Below are positions 27,852 through 37,559 of a stretch of 64,000 nt of DNA, piece by piece; the stretch's first letter is position 1, and the number at the start of each line of letters is the position of its first letter. The stretch spans positions 1-64,000 of the IMG/VR virus record IMGVR_UViG_3300032224_001591; one strand, written 5' to 3'. A model generated the notes under the pieces. That model saw only the letters and a program-made list of their open reading frames with translations, was not told where the DNA came from and did not search any database. Source of the stretch: a virus. Both the position numbers and the translations under genes were made by a program.

Positions 27852-28189
27852 TGAAATACTTAGGTAAAATAATAACAGCCGTAGCTATATTAGTATGCAT
27901 TTGGATGATGTACACATTCTTCCAAAGCAACGCTGCTAAATATGAACAATACGAACACGCAATTGATAGTTTATCTCACGAAGTAACTATACTAGACTCA
28001 GTACACGTTAAACAAGACAGTGTTATTGTAGTTTATCAAGACAGTATTGTTTTCTTAGACAACATCATTGAAGTTGAAAAAACAAAAATAGTTACAGTTG
28101 AGAAAAAATATAAAGAAATTCGTGACAAAGTACACGAATATAAACCAACTGAAATAGATTCATTTTTTAAAACCCGATACAATTATTAA
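27851..28189 (+). CDS. Membrane-anchored coiled-coil protein (spanin-like candidate)
   Basis: N-terminal TM helix, then a coiled coil with DSL/DSV/DSV/DSI. Confidence 0.5.
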   Translation: MKYLGKIITAVAILVCIWMMYTFFQSNAAKYEQYEHAIDSLSHEVTILDSVHVKQDSVIVVYQDSIVFLDNIIEVEKTKIVTVEKKYKEIRDKVHEYKPTEIDSFFKTRYNY

Positions 28190-28191
28190 AC

Positions 28192-28938
28192 ATGAAAAAA
28201 CAAATTAACGAATTTAAAAGAATGCAGCAATTAGCTGGTATTAAATTAAACGAAGCATACATCAATAAACAAGGAAATCTTATAAGTGATGCTGAATTTG
28301 TGGTTAAACAAACTGGTTTTTTTGATTTAATATTGATAGATAAAGAAAAAATAAATCTTAATGATTATATTAATTTTCAATCAACTCAATCTAAATGGAG
28401 TAATCAAAAAGTAGCTAATAGTATTTTTAACCAAATACTAGAATTATATAAAGGAACAGCACTTGAAAAATATAACAATACAGTTGGATTTATCCCTACA
28501 AAAAAAATAAATAGAGGCAATAATGTGTTTGATGCACCTTCATTAAGTTTAGACTTTATAGAAGGAATTGACAAAGTTGAAAATGGTGTATGGAAAGAAT
28601 GGTTATTACCACCATTATATATAGAAACTCCTATTGACCGAGAAGAATATTCATTAGAAGGTAGAACTTTTCCTGGTATTCCTGGTTTTACTAATAAACC
28701 TATTACTATAGGCCCTGGTGAAAAATCAAAAATTGCTACTAATCAAAATAGTGAAGAAGGAGATATTGAAAATAAACTAATGTATTTAGATATAACATAC
28801 ATACCTTTTATTTCTGTCCCTAAATATAAAGTAGGAACAGAAATAAAATATTCATATGATATCGAAACAAAATCTAATATTATTGATATGTTTAATGAAG
28901 TAGGATTAGACGCAATCTCTTATACAAAAAATAACTAA
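28192..28938 (+). CDS. Hypothetical protein with RMQQLAGI leader
   Basis: MKKQINEFKRMQQLAGIKLNEA. Confidence 0.7.
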   Translation: MKKQINEFKRMQQLAGIKLNEAYINKQGNLISDAEFVVKQTGFFDLILIDKEKINLNDYINFQSTQSKWSNQKVANSIFNQILELYKGTALEKYNNTVGFIPTKKINRGNNVFDAPSLSLDFIEGIDKVENGVWKEWLLPPLYIETPIDREEYSLEGRTFPGIPGFTNKPITIGPGEKSKIATNQNSEEGDIENKLMYLDITYIPFISVPKYKVGTEIKYSYDIETKSNIIDMFNEVGLDAISYTKNN

Positions 28939-29429
28939 TGAAATACTTATTTACTATATTATTATCTTTATTTTCTTTAACGGCTATGGCCACTATTAAA
29001 GATACAGTTGCAACTATAACAACACGTGATGCTAATCACAATGTTGTAGGACAACAAGCAATTGTATTTGAACATAAAGATACAACCAAAATAGAAATAC
29101 CAGCATATATCGCTAAACAAATGATTTTAGATTTGATGAGTGGTGATAGTGCTAAAGCACAATTAGCTATTGTTTATGATATGTTTAAAGCAACTGAAAA
29201 GAAAGTTGCGATGCAAGACAGTATGATGAAAGCATACCAACTTAAAGTTCAAACATACGCTAAACAAGTATTACTATATAAAGAAAAAGAACAACAATAT
29301 ATTAACTATACAAAAGATTTAAAAAAAGACGTTAAAAAGGCTAAAGTAAAAAATCACTTGGCAACAGGGGTTGGTGTACTAGCTATTTTAGGTGGTCTTT
29401 TATTTCTATTTGTAGCATCAGGAAAATAA
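28938..29429 (+). CDS. Exported coiled-coil protein with C-terminal hydrophobic helix (lysis accessory candidate)
   Basis: Signal peptide ending AMA, coiled coil, GVGVLAILGGLLFLF. Confidence 0.5.
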   Translation: MKYLFTILLSLFSLTAMATIKDTVATITTRDANHNVVGQQAIVFEHKDTTKIEIPAYIAKQMILDLMSGDSAKAQLAIVYDMFKATEKKVAMQDSMMKAYQLKVQTYAKQVLLYKEKEQQYINYTKDLKKDVKKAKVKNHLATGVGVLAILGGLLFLFVASGK

Positions 29430-29432
29430 TTT

Positions 29433-29999
29433 ATGTCAGAATCAGTTTTAAAAAAAGAGTTCCAACAACGCGATATAGAACGTATGCGTAACCTAATGAC
29501 AGGTAAGCATGGTGATAAAACGGTGGTTGGAATAGGTTACACTAAGCAAGAAGAGTTTCATAAAGAAGGTGACGTTTGGGAAGAAGATGGACGTAAATGG
29601 ACTATTAAGAATGGTATAAAACAAAATTTAACCAAACTTGATAAAGCAAAACAAGAGCTACATTTACCCCTATTTTGCTCACATTGCAACAATCTTATGA
29701 AACCCCATCTTGATAAACGTTTTTGGATTATGTATAAACGTTGCTTTAATTGTCAAGTAGATTTTGAGGCAGAGATTAGAAAACAAGGACTGTGGGAAGA
29801 ATATGAGAAAAACATTATCAATTCAGATATTGATTCTACAATTAAAGAATTTATGATTTGGAGTGATGAATATATAAATGAAACTGATTCATTCGTAACC
29901 GAAACCGGTGAAGTTGAAAAGTGGATAGGTAAGGGTAAAGAAGTGTTACAACAAAATGTTGAAGAAACAATTAAATACTTACAAAGCTTAAAAAAATAA
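29433..29999 (+). CDS. Zinc-finger protein
   Basis: CSHC...CFNC; EGDVWEEDGRKWTIKNG. Confidence 0.7.
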   Translation: MSESVLKKEFQQRDIERMRNLMTGKHGDKTVVGIGYTKQEEFHKEGDVWEEDGRKWTIKNGIKQNLTKLDKAKQELHLPLFCSHCNNLMKPHLDKRFWIMYKRCFNCQVDFEAEIRKQGLWEEYEKNIINSDIDSTIKEFMIWSDEYINETDSFVTETGEVEKWIGKGKEVLQQNVEETIKYLQSLKK

Positions 30000-30607
30000 T
30001 GGATTACATCATACCTGTATTAGTAGCGTTTATCACAGCTGTATTAGGACCTTTAGCAATGGAATGGGCTAAAGCTAAATTTAAATCTAAACCTAAAAAA
30101 TCACCAATTCAAGAAGCACTTGAAATGAATGAACTAGTTGACCATCAACTAGACTTAATTCTTGAAACCATTGGATGTGATAGAACGTGGATTATTCAAT
30201 TTCATAACGGTGGACATTTTTACCCAACAGGTAAATCAATCCAGAAATTCTCTATGTTTTATGAGAAAATTACTCCAAATTCATCTTCAATTCAACATAC
30301 ATTTCAAAATATTCCCGTATCTTTATTCCCTAAAATATTAGGTAAAATATACAAAGACGGAGAATTAGCAATACCTACATACGCTGAAGGCGAAACATAC
30401 GATTTAGAAACAATAGCAAAAGATTTAGATTCAAAATCATTTTATGCTGTTGGTTTATATAGTTTAGACGATCATTTAATTGGTGTTATGGGAATTGCTT
30501 ATAACAAAGAACATAAATTAACCAAAGACGAATGGATATTCGTACGTCAAAAAGTAGGCGTTATTGGAACATTATTAACAGATTATTTAAAATCAGTAAA
30601 AAAATGA
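29999..30607 (+). CDS. TM + GAF-like protein (T4 holin T-like architecture)
   Basis: Single N-terminal TM, then CDRTWIIQFHNG...SFYAVGL...LIGVMGIAY. Confidence 0.5.
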   Translation: MDYIIPVLVAFITAVLGPLAMEWAKAKFKSKPKKSPIQEALEMNELVDHQLDLILETIGCDRTWIIQFHNGGHFYPTGKSIQKFSMFYEKITPNSSSIQHTFQNIPVSLFPKILGKIYKDGELAIPTYAEGETYDLETIAKDLDSKSFYAVGLYSLDDHLIGVMGIAYNKEHKLTKDEWIFVRQKVGVIGTLLTDYLKSVKK

Positions 30608-30816
30608 AATCACCAGTCCCTTTCTTAAAACCAAAAACATACTATGAATCACCATCTAAACCAGCGGTTATAATGGATGAAATAGTAAATCAAGTAGATC
30701 CTACACCAGTAGTTGAAACTCAACCTGAACCGGAAATTAAAGTTATAATGAGCGGTGAACCGTCGCTAGATGCAATGGTTGAAGAAACTAAACCAAAATC
30801 AAAAAAATCCAAATAA
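30604..30816 (+). CDS. Hypothetical low-complexity protein
   Basis: ATGA overlap with the previous stop; Pro/Glu-rich with basic tail. Confidence 0.6.
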   Translation: MKSPVPFLKPKTYYESPSKPAVIMDEIVNQVDPTPVVETQPEPEIKVIMSGEPSLDAMVEETKPKSKKSK

Positions 30817-30860
30817 TACGAGATTCCCACATATTTATAACATATAAAATAAAAATAAAC

Positions 30861-32336
30861 ATGGCAAACAACTTTAAAAGAATGCAACTTATCGCTGGTT
30901 TGATAACTGAAAGCGAATATCGTGAATCAATGAGCGAAGCTGAAAATAAATTATCTTTAGAAGAAAAATTAAAAGGTTGGGTAGAATTTAACGCTGGTGG
31001 ATATGTAGATACTAGCGACATGGAAGATGAAGATAAAGATAAATTTGAACGTGAATTAAATACATTACTTCAAAATACTTTAAGAAAATTAGATAGTGAT
31101 CCATCTTTAAAAGATAAAATATTAAAGAATTTTGTTAACAATAGTTTAGATATTGTAGCAAAATATAGTATGGGTAATTATGGTGACTCTACTAGTTTTA
31201 GTCCTGAGGAATACAAAGAGGGTTTTTATGAATTTATAAGTAAAGATGATCCAATATCATCATTTTATGATATGAATGAGTCTAAATTAAACGAAAATAA
31301 AATTGGTGCTTTATTAAATACTGTAGCAGATGATTGGGGAGAAGATAGTGATTTATATAGTGATTTAGAAGATTCTCTTGCAGGTTGGACAGATAGAAAT
31401 GGTCAATTAACTCCTAAAGGTAAAATATCGATTAAAAATCTTTTATCTAACTGGGATTTATTAGATGATTATGGACATTTTTTAGATGATGAAGAAATGA
31501 ATGAAGGCGATACCGATTACGATAGAGCTAAAGACGCTAAACGTTTAGGTAAAAAAGGCGAAAAAGATATATACGGTGCTGGCGTTGAAAAAGGCGAAGA
31601 AATCGAAAAGAAAAAAATGAAAATGTCTGAACTTAAAGCAGCAATCAAAGAATTAGCTGAAATGGATGGTGCAGCCGTTACAAATGCAGATTATGATCCG
31701 GTAGCTGAAAGTGTTTGGTCAGTTTTACCTGCACGTATTCCTGAATTTATTCAAAAAATTAAAGATATTAAAGATGAATATCATGCTGTTGTGGGTAGTG
31801 ATGATGTATATGATGGTTTAGACCATGCTATTAGTGCTGCTGAAGAATTAATGAATTCTAAATTAAGCGAAGCTAAAAAAGACGAAAAAGTAAAATCAGA
31901 CAAATTCACTATAGGTACAGATAAATCAAATCCTCTCCATCCTTCTTTCTTTGTTTATAACACTGAAACTGGTGAAAAATCTAAAGTATTTAAAACAAAA
32001 AAGGAAGCTGAAGAATTAATGAATTCTAAATTAAATGAAGCTAAAAAAGATAAAGACGAAGAAATAGACGATAGTGAAACTATAGACACACCCAAAGGTG
32101 ATGAAGAAATAACAGCAGACGTTACAACAACAGATGTTGATCCTGATGTAAAAGCAGTACAAGATGCTTTAACTCAAGCTCAAGCAGCAGCCGAAAAATT
32201 AGGCGACGAAAAATTAACAGATCAAATTGGTAATACAATTACATTCTTTACACGTTCTCATATTGTTGAAAAACCAGGTGTAACTGCAGAATCAAACATC
32301 AAAGAACGTATAAATAAATTAGTAAAATCTTTATAA
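30861..32336 (+). CDS. Acidic modular protein with RMQLIAGL leader (putative internal head polyprotein)
   Basis: Repeated MNE/LNE/LSE linkers, internal direct repeat, upstream ATATTTAT. Confidence 0.7.
   Translation: MANNFKRMQLIAGLITESEYRESMSEAENKLSLEEKLKGWVEFNAGGYVDTSDMEDEDKDKFERELNTLLQNTLRKLDSDPSLKDKILKNFVNNSLDIVAKYSMGNYGDSTSFSPEEYKEGFYEFISKDDPISSFYDMNESKLNENKIGALLNTVADDWGEDSDLYSDLEDSLAGWTDRNGQLTPKGKISIKNLLSNWDLLDDYGHFLDDEEMNEGDTDYDRAKDAKRLGKKGEKDIYGAGVEKGEEIEKKKMKMSELKAAIKELAEMDGAAVTNADYDPVAESVWSVLPARIPEFIQKIKDIKDEYHAVVGSDDVYDGLDHAISAAEELMNSKLSEAKKDEKVKSDKFTIGTDKSNPLHPSFFVYNTETGEKSKVFKTKKEAEELMNSKLNEAKKDKDEEIDDSETIDTPKGDEEITADVTTTDVDPDVKAVQDALTQAQAAAEKLGDEKLTDQIGNTITFFTRSHIVEKPGVTAESNIKERINKLVKSL
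31839..32050 (+). repeat. 44-nt direct repeat pair flanking an in-frame cassette
   Basis: 31839-31882 vs 32007-32050, 42/44 identical, 168 nt apart. Confidence 0.9.
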
Positions 32337-32356
32337 ACAAAACAAAATAAAAGTAT

Positions 32357-32530
32357 ATGAACACACAAGAATTATTTGCAAAATTTGAAACTTTATATGA
32401 AGCTTTCAAAGCAGAACACGAAGGAAAATCTAAAGCAGCACAAGCACGTGCTAGAAAAATTGCAGGCGAAATTAAAAAATTAGCAGCAGAATACCGCAAA
32501 GCATCTGTTGCAGAAAGTAAAGCAAAATAA
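32357..32530 (+). CDS. Histone H1-like Hc1-family protein (not in ORF track)
   Basis: [57 protein letters not shown]; KAA..RARK....L...RK.S signature. Confidence 0.75.
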   Translation: MNTQELFAKFETLYEAFKAEHEGKSKAAQARARKIAGEIKKLAAEYRKASVAESKAK

Positions 32531-32531
32531 A

Positions 32532-34067
32532 ATGAAAAAAAATCTTACCGAACGCGAGCTTACAAAGCATGAATTGGAAAAACGTGAAGACGTTATCAAC
32601 GCATTAAAAACAAACCGAAAAAGTTTTGTAAGCCGCTACGGAAAAGATGCGGAAAAGGTTATGTACGCAATAGCAACTAAACGAGCTAAAAACGAAACCG
32701 AAAATATGCATAAAGATAAAATTAAAGAAATGGTTAAATCCGCTCTTATGAAACCTATGGAAGGTAAAAAATCCGATATGAACGGAGACGGTAAAATCGA
32801 TTCTAAAGATTATTTATTAAAACGTGATGCTGCTATTAAAAAATCAATGGCTAGCAAAATAAATGAAGATGACTGGATGCAAGCGGATGATGAATCTGAT
32901 ATGGCTAAGTCACAATTAAAATCAATTCAATCAAATGCTTCTAAATTAATGAGTATGATTGGAGATGAAGAACAATTAGACGCTTGGGTACAAGCTAAAT
33001 TAACTAAAGCTGAAGACTATTTAAACTCAGTTCAAGGATATTTGGCGGGTGAAGATGCTCAAGAACGTGGTTTAGATGAAAATATTGAAGAATTAGACAC
33101 AACCGGGTATTCTATGGACTATAAACAAGGATATAGAGATGGATTAGAAGATGGAAAAAAAGGTAAATTTGGTAAACAATTTGCTGTAAAAGAAGGTATA
33201 AATCGTTCTATTCCTTTTAAAGATTTATTAAAAAAAGTAGAAAAAGTAATAGAAGCAATTTCTATTTTAAAAAGTAATACAGCTACCAACTCAGAAATAC
33301 CAACAACTTCTAAAGAAGGCTTAATACGTGCTCTTGAAGCAGTAGAAGAAATGTTAGATACTATAGCTTTTAATATTGAAGTTGAAGCTGATGAAGAAGA
33401 TGTAAATCGATTCAATAAAGAATTAGATGAAAATATGTTAGATGAAGCTTATGTTCCTGACAATATTAAAAAATTCGCTAAACAAAGAGGTGTATCTTCT
33501 TTAGTAAATAAAGTAGCAGGTTGGGCTGAAAAAGTAGGTAAAAGAATTACTGGTGGTACAGCTATTGGTAAATACTACAGCACATTAGTATTAGATATGG
33601 GTTATCAAACATCCGACATTTATATTAATACCGATGATGAAACTATTAAATTATATGGAGAAGAAGTTAACAGCTTCCCTGAATTTAAAAAAGTATACGA
33701 TGATTACCATAAAGAAGATTTAGACGAAAACACAAAAGGATGGGATTCATTTAAAGACACCCCAGAAATTAAAGCGTTAATGGCTATAGCTGATGATACA
33801 TCTAATTCATATACTGAAAGAGATGAAGCAAGACAAAAAGCATACGATTTACGTGCTGCTATGTCAAAACAAGACGAAGGTTTATCTAAAGGATATTGGG
33901 CTAAAAAAATACCTGGAGGTAAAATGGAAGAATCATATGCTACCTTAGTTAACAAACTTAAAAAACAAGGTAAATCTGAAAAAGCATCTAAAGCAATAGC
34001 AGGTGCGGTTGCAGCATATAAAGCAAAAGGTGGTGGTTCTGGACCAACAGCAAAACAAGCTAAATAA
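32532..34067 (+). CDS. Acidic modular protein (putative internal head polyprotein) with EF-hand/dockerin-like loop
   Basis: [13 protein letters not shown]; [17 protein letters not shown]; many LDE/INE/VKE linkers. Confidence 0.7.
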   Translation: MKKNLTERELTKHELEKREDVINALKTNRKSFVSRYGKDAEKVMYAIATKRAKNETENMHKDKIKEMVKSALMKPMEGKKSDMNGDGKIDSKDYLLKRDAAIKKSMASKINEDDWMQADDESDMAKSQLKSIQSNASKLMSMIGDEEQLDAWVQAKLTKAEDYLNSVQGYLAGEDAQERGLDENIEELDTTGYSMDYKQGYRDGLEDGKKGKFGKQFAVKEGINRSIPFKDLLKKVEKVIEAISILKSNTATNSEIPTTSKEGLIRALEAVEEMLDTIAFNIEVEADEEDVNRFNKELDENMLDEAYVPDNIKKFAKQRGVSSLVNKVAGWAEKVGKRITGGTAIGKYYSTLVLDMGYQTSDIYINTDDETIKLYGEEVNSFPEFKKVYDDYHKEDLDENTKGWDSFKDTPEIKALMAIADDTSNSYTERDEARQKAYDLRAAMSKQDEGLSKGYWAKKIPGGKMEESYATLVNKLKKQGKSEKASKAIAGAVAAYKAKGGGSGPTAKQAK

Positions 34068-34069
34068 AA

Positions 34070-34543
34070 ATGACTAGAGACGAACTTAAAGAAAAGATAA
34101 AATCACTAGTAAAACAGGTATATAAACCTGAAGACAGTAAGATTGACTTGGATTCTACCGAGTCAATCTCACTTGATTCGGCTAAATTCCCTATTTTACT
34201 TCAATATCCTTCACTTAAAGACGCTATTGAACAACTATTATCCCACCAGTATGAACCATTTTTAATGGATATTCAGTGGGTTGCTCCTAAACCTATAACG
34301 TTTAGAATAATATTAACTAATGGTGAAATATTTTATTTAATATCTACACCAAAAAGTTGGATAGCTCAAGTTGAAGGAAAAAAATATTATTTATTAAACC
34401 TTGGTGAAGAAGAGGCAGCGTGTCAATCAATATCTAGAATGTTGTATTACGGTAATCAAGCGGCGGAAACAGCGCCGGCTGAGGAAGAGACGACATCTAC
34501 GGAAGAAACATCAACTGAAGAAAAACCAGCAGAAGAAGCATAA
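34070..34543 (+). CDS. Hypothetical protein
   Basis: ELKEKIK leader; WIAQVEGKKYYL; acidic tail. Confidence 0.7.
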   Translation: MTRDELKEKIKSLVKQVYKPEDSKIDLDSTESISLDSAKFPILLQYPSLKDAIEQLLSHQYEPFLMDIQWVAPKPITFRIILTNGEIFYLISTPKSWIAQVEGKKYYLLNLGEEEAACQSISRMLYYGNQAAETAPAEEETTSTEETSTEEKPAEEA

Positions 34544-34548
34544 TAACT

Positions 34549-35619
34549 ATGAACTTATTCGATAAATTTTTTGTAAAATATGGGTATAAATTCCCAAAAG
34601 GATATCCTGACATGAATAATGAGCAGGATGTTTTATTGCTCGAATCAATTTTATTAAATGAATTAGGTATTGACCTTGATGAAGGTTATAATCCCTTAAA
34701 ATTTTATGATCTTCAAAAATATGGAGGTCCTAGATTAGAAACATTAGCATCTAAGATTCAAAAAGGTGAACCTTTTGATATGGTAGGAGGTGAACAAGTA
34801 GTATTATTATTTAATAAACCAAAATATAAATCCTTATTTGTTAATAAAGATATTGAAGGTTTAAAAGCTTTAACTAAATCAAATATTAATTCATTTCCAT
34901 TCTTTGTAGATAAAAATGGAAAAAATTATTCTATAGGTGATTTACTTAAAACATCTGATTTTGGTGGTAAAGGAGGTGGATCTGGAACTCGAGTAGAAGA
35001 TATAGCATTATCTAATGTTGATGCTAAACTTCGTGAGTTAGGAACAATTGATGTTAAATTAAGTGAAAACGGCAAAGTATATAAAAACATAGTAGGAGCA
35101 ACCACAGTAAATGGTACTCCAAAAGCAGATTTTACATTTAATACAGAATCAGGTCCTGTAATTTTTATCTCTCATAAAGACGGATCAAAACCAAAAGATT
35201 TCCAACAATACTCAGGATTTCAAGGTTTATCAGATTATCCTGAAGTTAAATCATTTGTAGATGCTGTTAGACAAGCTACTGGAGGGGAATTAAAATCAGG
35301 TGATTCTTTTAGAAGAAAAATTAAAGATAATTCTATTAAATTAAAAGCAGTATATGGTCTAGATCAATCTGTAGGTAATTACGGTGTTAATAATTGTCAA
35401 GTAATACTTCAAGGTCCTATTAATTTGAAATTAGATAATGCTGATGATGCTTATTTAATAGATGCTAATCATAAAGTAATTAATCCTAATTTACCTGTTG
35501 GAGATTACGAACCTTATATGTATGTTACTTTTAGAAGTGATAGAAATAATGAAGGTATAAAAAATGCACGATTTGGAACATATCCTGAAGCATATAAACG
35601 AAATGCTACCGAAATTTAA
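34549..35619 (+). CDS. PD-(D/E)XK-like nuclease candidate behind an FPKGYPD leader
   Basis: E...TPKADF....IFISHKDG...FQQYSG. Confidence 0.5.
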   Translation: MNLFDKFFVKYGYKFPKGYPDMNNEQDVLLLESILLNELGIDLDEGYNPLKFYDLQKYGGPRLETLASKIQKGEPFDMVGGEQVVLLFNKPKYKSLFVNKDIEGLKALTKSNINSFPFFVDKNGKNYSIGDLLKTSDFGGKGGGSGTRVEDIALSNVDAKLRELGTIDVKLSENGKVYKNIVGATTVNGTPKADFTFNTESGPVIFISHKDGSKPKDFQQYSGFQGLSDYPEVKSFVDAVRQATGGELKSGDSFRRKIKDNSIKLKAVYGLDQSVGNYGVNNCQVILQGPINLKLDNADDAYLIDANHKVINPNLPVGDYEPYMYVTFRSDRNNEGIKNARFGTYPEAYKRNATEI

Positions 35620-35630
35620 TATTTATCAAT

Positions 35631-36635
35631 ATGGACAAAATTAAAAAATTAATCAAAGAAGCATTACTTAACCATAAACACGATTGTGGTTGTGGTTGTC
35701 ACGGTAAATGTGCTAAAGCACCTATGTTAAACGAAAACTTAGGCGCTAAAGTAATCATGACCGAAAACATGCAATACCATATTAATAATAAAAAAGCATT
35801 AACTGAAAACACATTCCGCTACGGTTCAAAAGCATTTTTAGATTTATGGGCTGAAGCTAGATATTTATATTCTCGCGACGTTATTAATTTATCAGGTGAA
35901 GATAAAATCATAGTAGAAACAACACATTTAGGTGAATATGGTTTATTTGAAGGTGAAATGGTACCTTTAGATTTACCTATCATGGAAGAAATGGATGAAG
36001 CTATAAGTGATGAAATTAAAGTAGGAGATATTGTAGGTAATACTGTTCAAGGATTTAATTTTAAAGTATTAAATATTAAAGGTGATAAATTAGAAGTTGA
36101 AAATATAAAAACAGGTAAAAAATTTGAAACATACATTGATAACATGTATTTACCTGTTATGGAAGAAGTTGATGAAGCTATAAGTGGTGCTGATAAAGAT
36201 GAAATTTTTGCTCTAATATCAAAAGTAAAACAACAAGGCAAATTATCCGATGATACTCAACGTATGTTGATGCAATGGATAAGTCATCCGGATGCTTCAA
36301 AAGAAGCAATCGTTCAAGTATTAAAACAATTAACTGGTATTGTGGGTGAAGCTAAAGATAATAAACACGTTTTAAATAAACCACATCGTGGTGGATCTAA
36401 AAAATTCTATGTTTACGTTCGTAATCCTAAAACTAAAAAAATTAAAAAAGTATCATTCGGTGATACATCAGGATTATCAGCTAAAATTAATAATCCTACA
36501 GCACGTAAAGCATTTTCTGCACGTCACGATTGTCCAAATAAAAAAGATAAAACTAAAGCTTCATATTGGTCATGTCATTTGCCTAGATATGCTAAAGCAC
36601 TAGGACTTAAATCTAACTTTTCAGGATTCTGGTAG
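35631..36635 (+). CDS. Modular protein with SH3-like cassette and basic C-terminal domain
   Basis: KKLIKE leader; IKVGDIV cassette between repeats; KKFYVYV...KKVSFGD...ARH.C...YWSC. Confidence 0.7.
   Translation: MDKIKKLIKEALLNHKHDCGCGCHGKCAKAPMLNENLGAKVIMTENMQYHINNKKALTENTFRYGSKAFLDLWAEARYLYSRDVINLSGEDKIIVETTHLGEYGLFEGEMVPLDLPIMEEMDEAISDEIKVGDIVGNTVQGFNFKVLNIKGDKLEVENIKTGKKFETYIDNMYLPVMEEVDEAISGADKDEIFALISKVKQQGKLSDDTQRMLMQWISHPDASKEAIVQVLKQLTGIVGEAKDNKHVLNKPHRGGSKKFYVYVRNPKTKKIKKVSFGDTSGLSAKINNPTARKAFSARHDCPNKKDKTKASYWSCHLPRYAKALGLKSNFSGFW
35971..36189 (+). repeat. 42-nt direct repeat pair flanking an in-frame cassette
   Basis: 35971-36012 vs 36148-36189, 37/42 identical, 177 nt apart. 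Confidence 0.85.
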
Positions 36636-36636
36636 T

Positions 36637-37533
36637 ATGAAAGATATAAAGAAAATAATACGAGAGGTTTTAAACCAAATCAACGAAAAAGAAGATCGTT
36701 GTAAACGTATTGCTGATCGCAAATACGATAAGCCATCAGCTTATAAATCGGGAGCTATCGTTCGTTGCCGTAAAGGTGATATTTGGAAAGATATAAAAGA
36801 AGACCAAATAAATGAATTAGATATATCTAAATATATTAGTTCTTGGATAGATACTAAAACATTAAAAAAAGCAAAAGATTTTCCTGAGTCTATATTTCTA
36901 TATCTTAAAAAAGAAGGATATCTTAATAAAGGAGAAATATATAGAATCTTAACTTTAGATCCCTTAGTTATCATACTAAAACAAAATACAGAATATATTG
37001 ATTTAGATAAATTTTTAGAAGATAATCAAGATATAGAACCATACGATGATTTATATAGTACATATCAAGATGAAAAAGAAGTTGTAGCTCGTTTAGATTC
37101 TAATTTTTCTTTTGAAGATATACATTATGCTAGTTCAACAGGTATGAATATGAATATGTTTTTAAAAAATTTAGATAAGAATAAATTAAAAAACGATATT
37201 TTAAAAAAAGATCAAGGTAAATTATTATCATTTACTAAAGATAAAGAAGCAGCTAATGATATTTTTTATACAGCTATTAATCATTTAGAAGATGAAGAAG
37301 AAGATGATGAGTTTTTAACAGAAGATGAATCTCTTCATAAATGGTTTCAACGTTCAGGTCCTAAAGGTAAAGAAAAAGGATGGGTAGATTGTAATGCACC
37401 TGATGGAAAAGGAGGATATAAATCGTGTGGTAGAAAAGAAGGCGAAAAACGCGCTAAATATCCTTCATGTCGTCCTACACCCGCACAATGTAAATCGCCT
37501 GGTAAAGGTAAAAAATGGGGTAAAACAAAATAA
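36637..37533 (+). CDS. Modular protein: basic Cys-containing ends with a central ART-like cassette
   Basis: PSAYKSGAIVRCRK; IYR...SFTKDKEAA; SLHKWF...WVDC...CGR...YPSCRP. Confidence 0.6.
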   Translation: MKDIKKIIREVLNQINEKEDRCKRIADRKYDKPSAYKSGAIVRCRKGDIWKDIKEDQINELDISKYISSWIDTKTLKKAKDFPESIFLYLKKEGYLNKGEIYRILTLDPLVIILKQNTEYIDLDKFLEDNQDIEPYDDLYSTYQDEKEVVARLDSNFSFEDIHYASSTGMNMNMFLKNLDKNKLKNDILKKDQGKLLSFTKDKEAANDIFYTAINHLEDEEEDDEFLTEDESLHKWFQRSGPKGKEKGWVDCNAPDGKGGYKSCGRKEGEKRAKYPSCRPTPAQCKSPGKGKKWGKTK

Positions 37534-37559
37534 TTAAATTAACTATTAAACTAAATAAA

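Noticed and set aside
32299-32499. Minus-strand 66-aa ORF
   Set aside because: Antisense to the Hc1-like gene on the + strand
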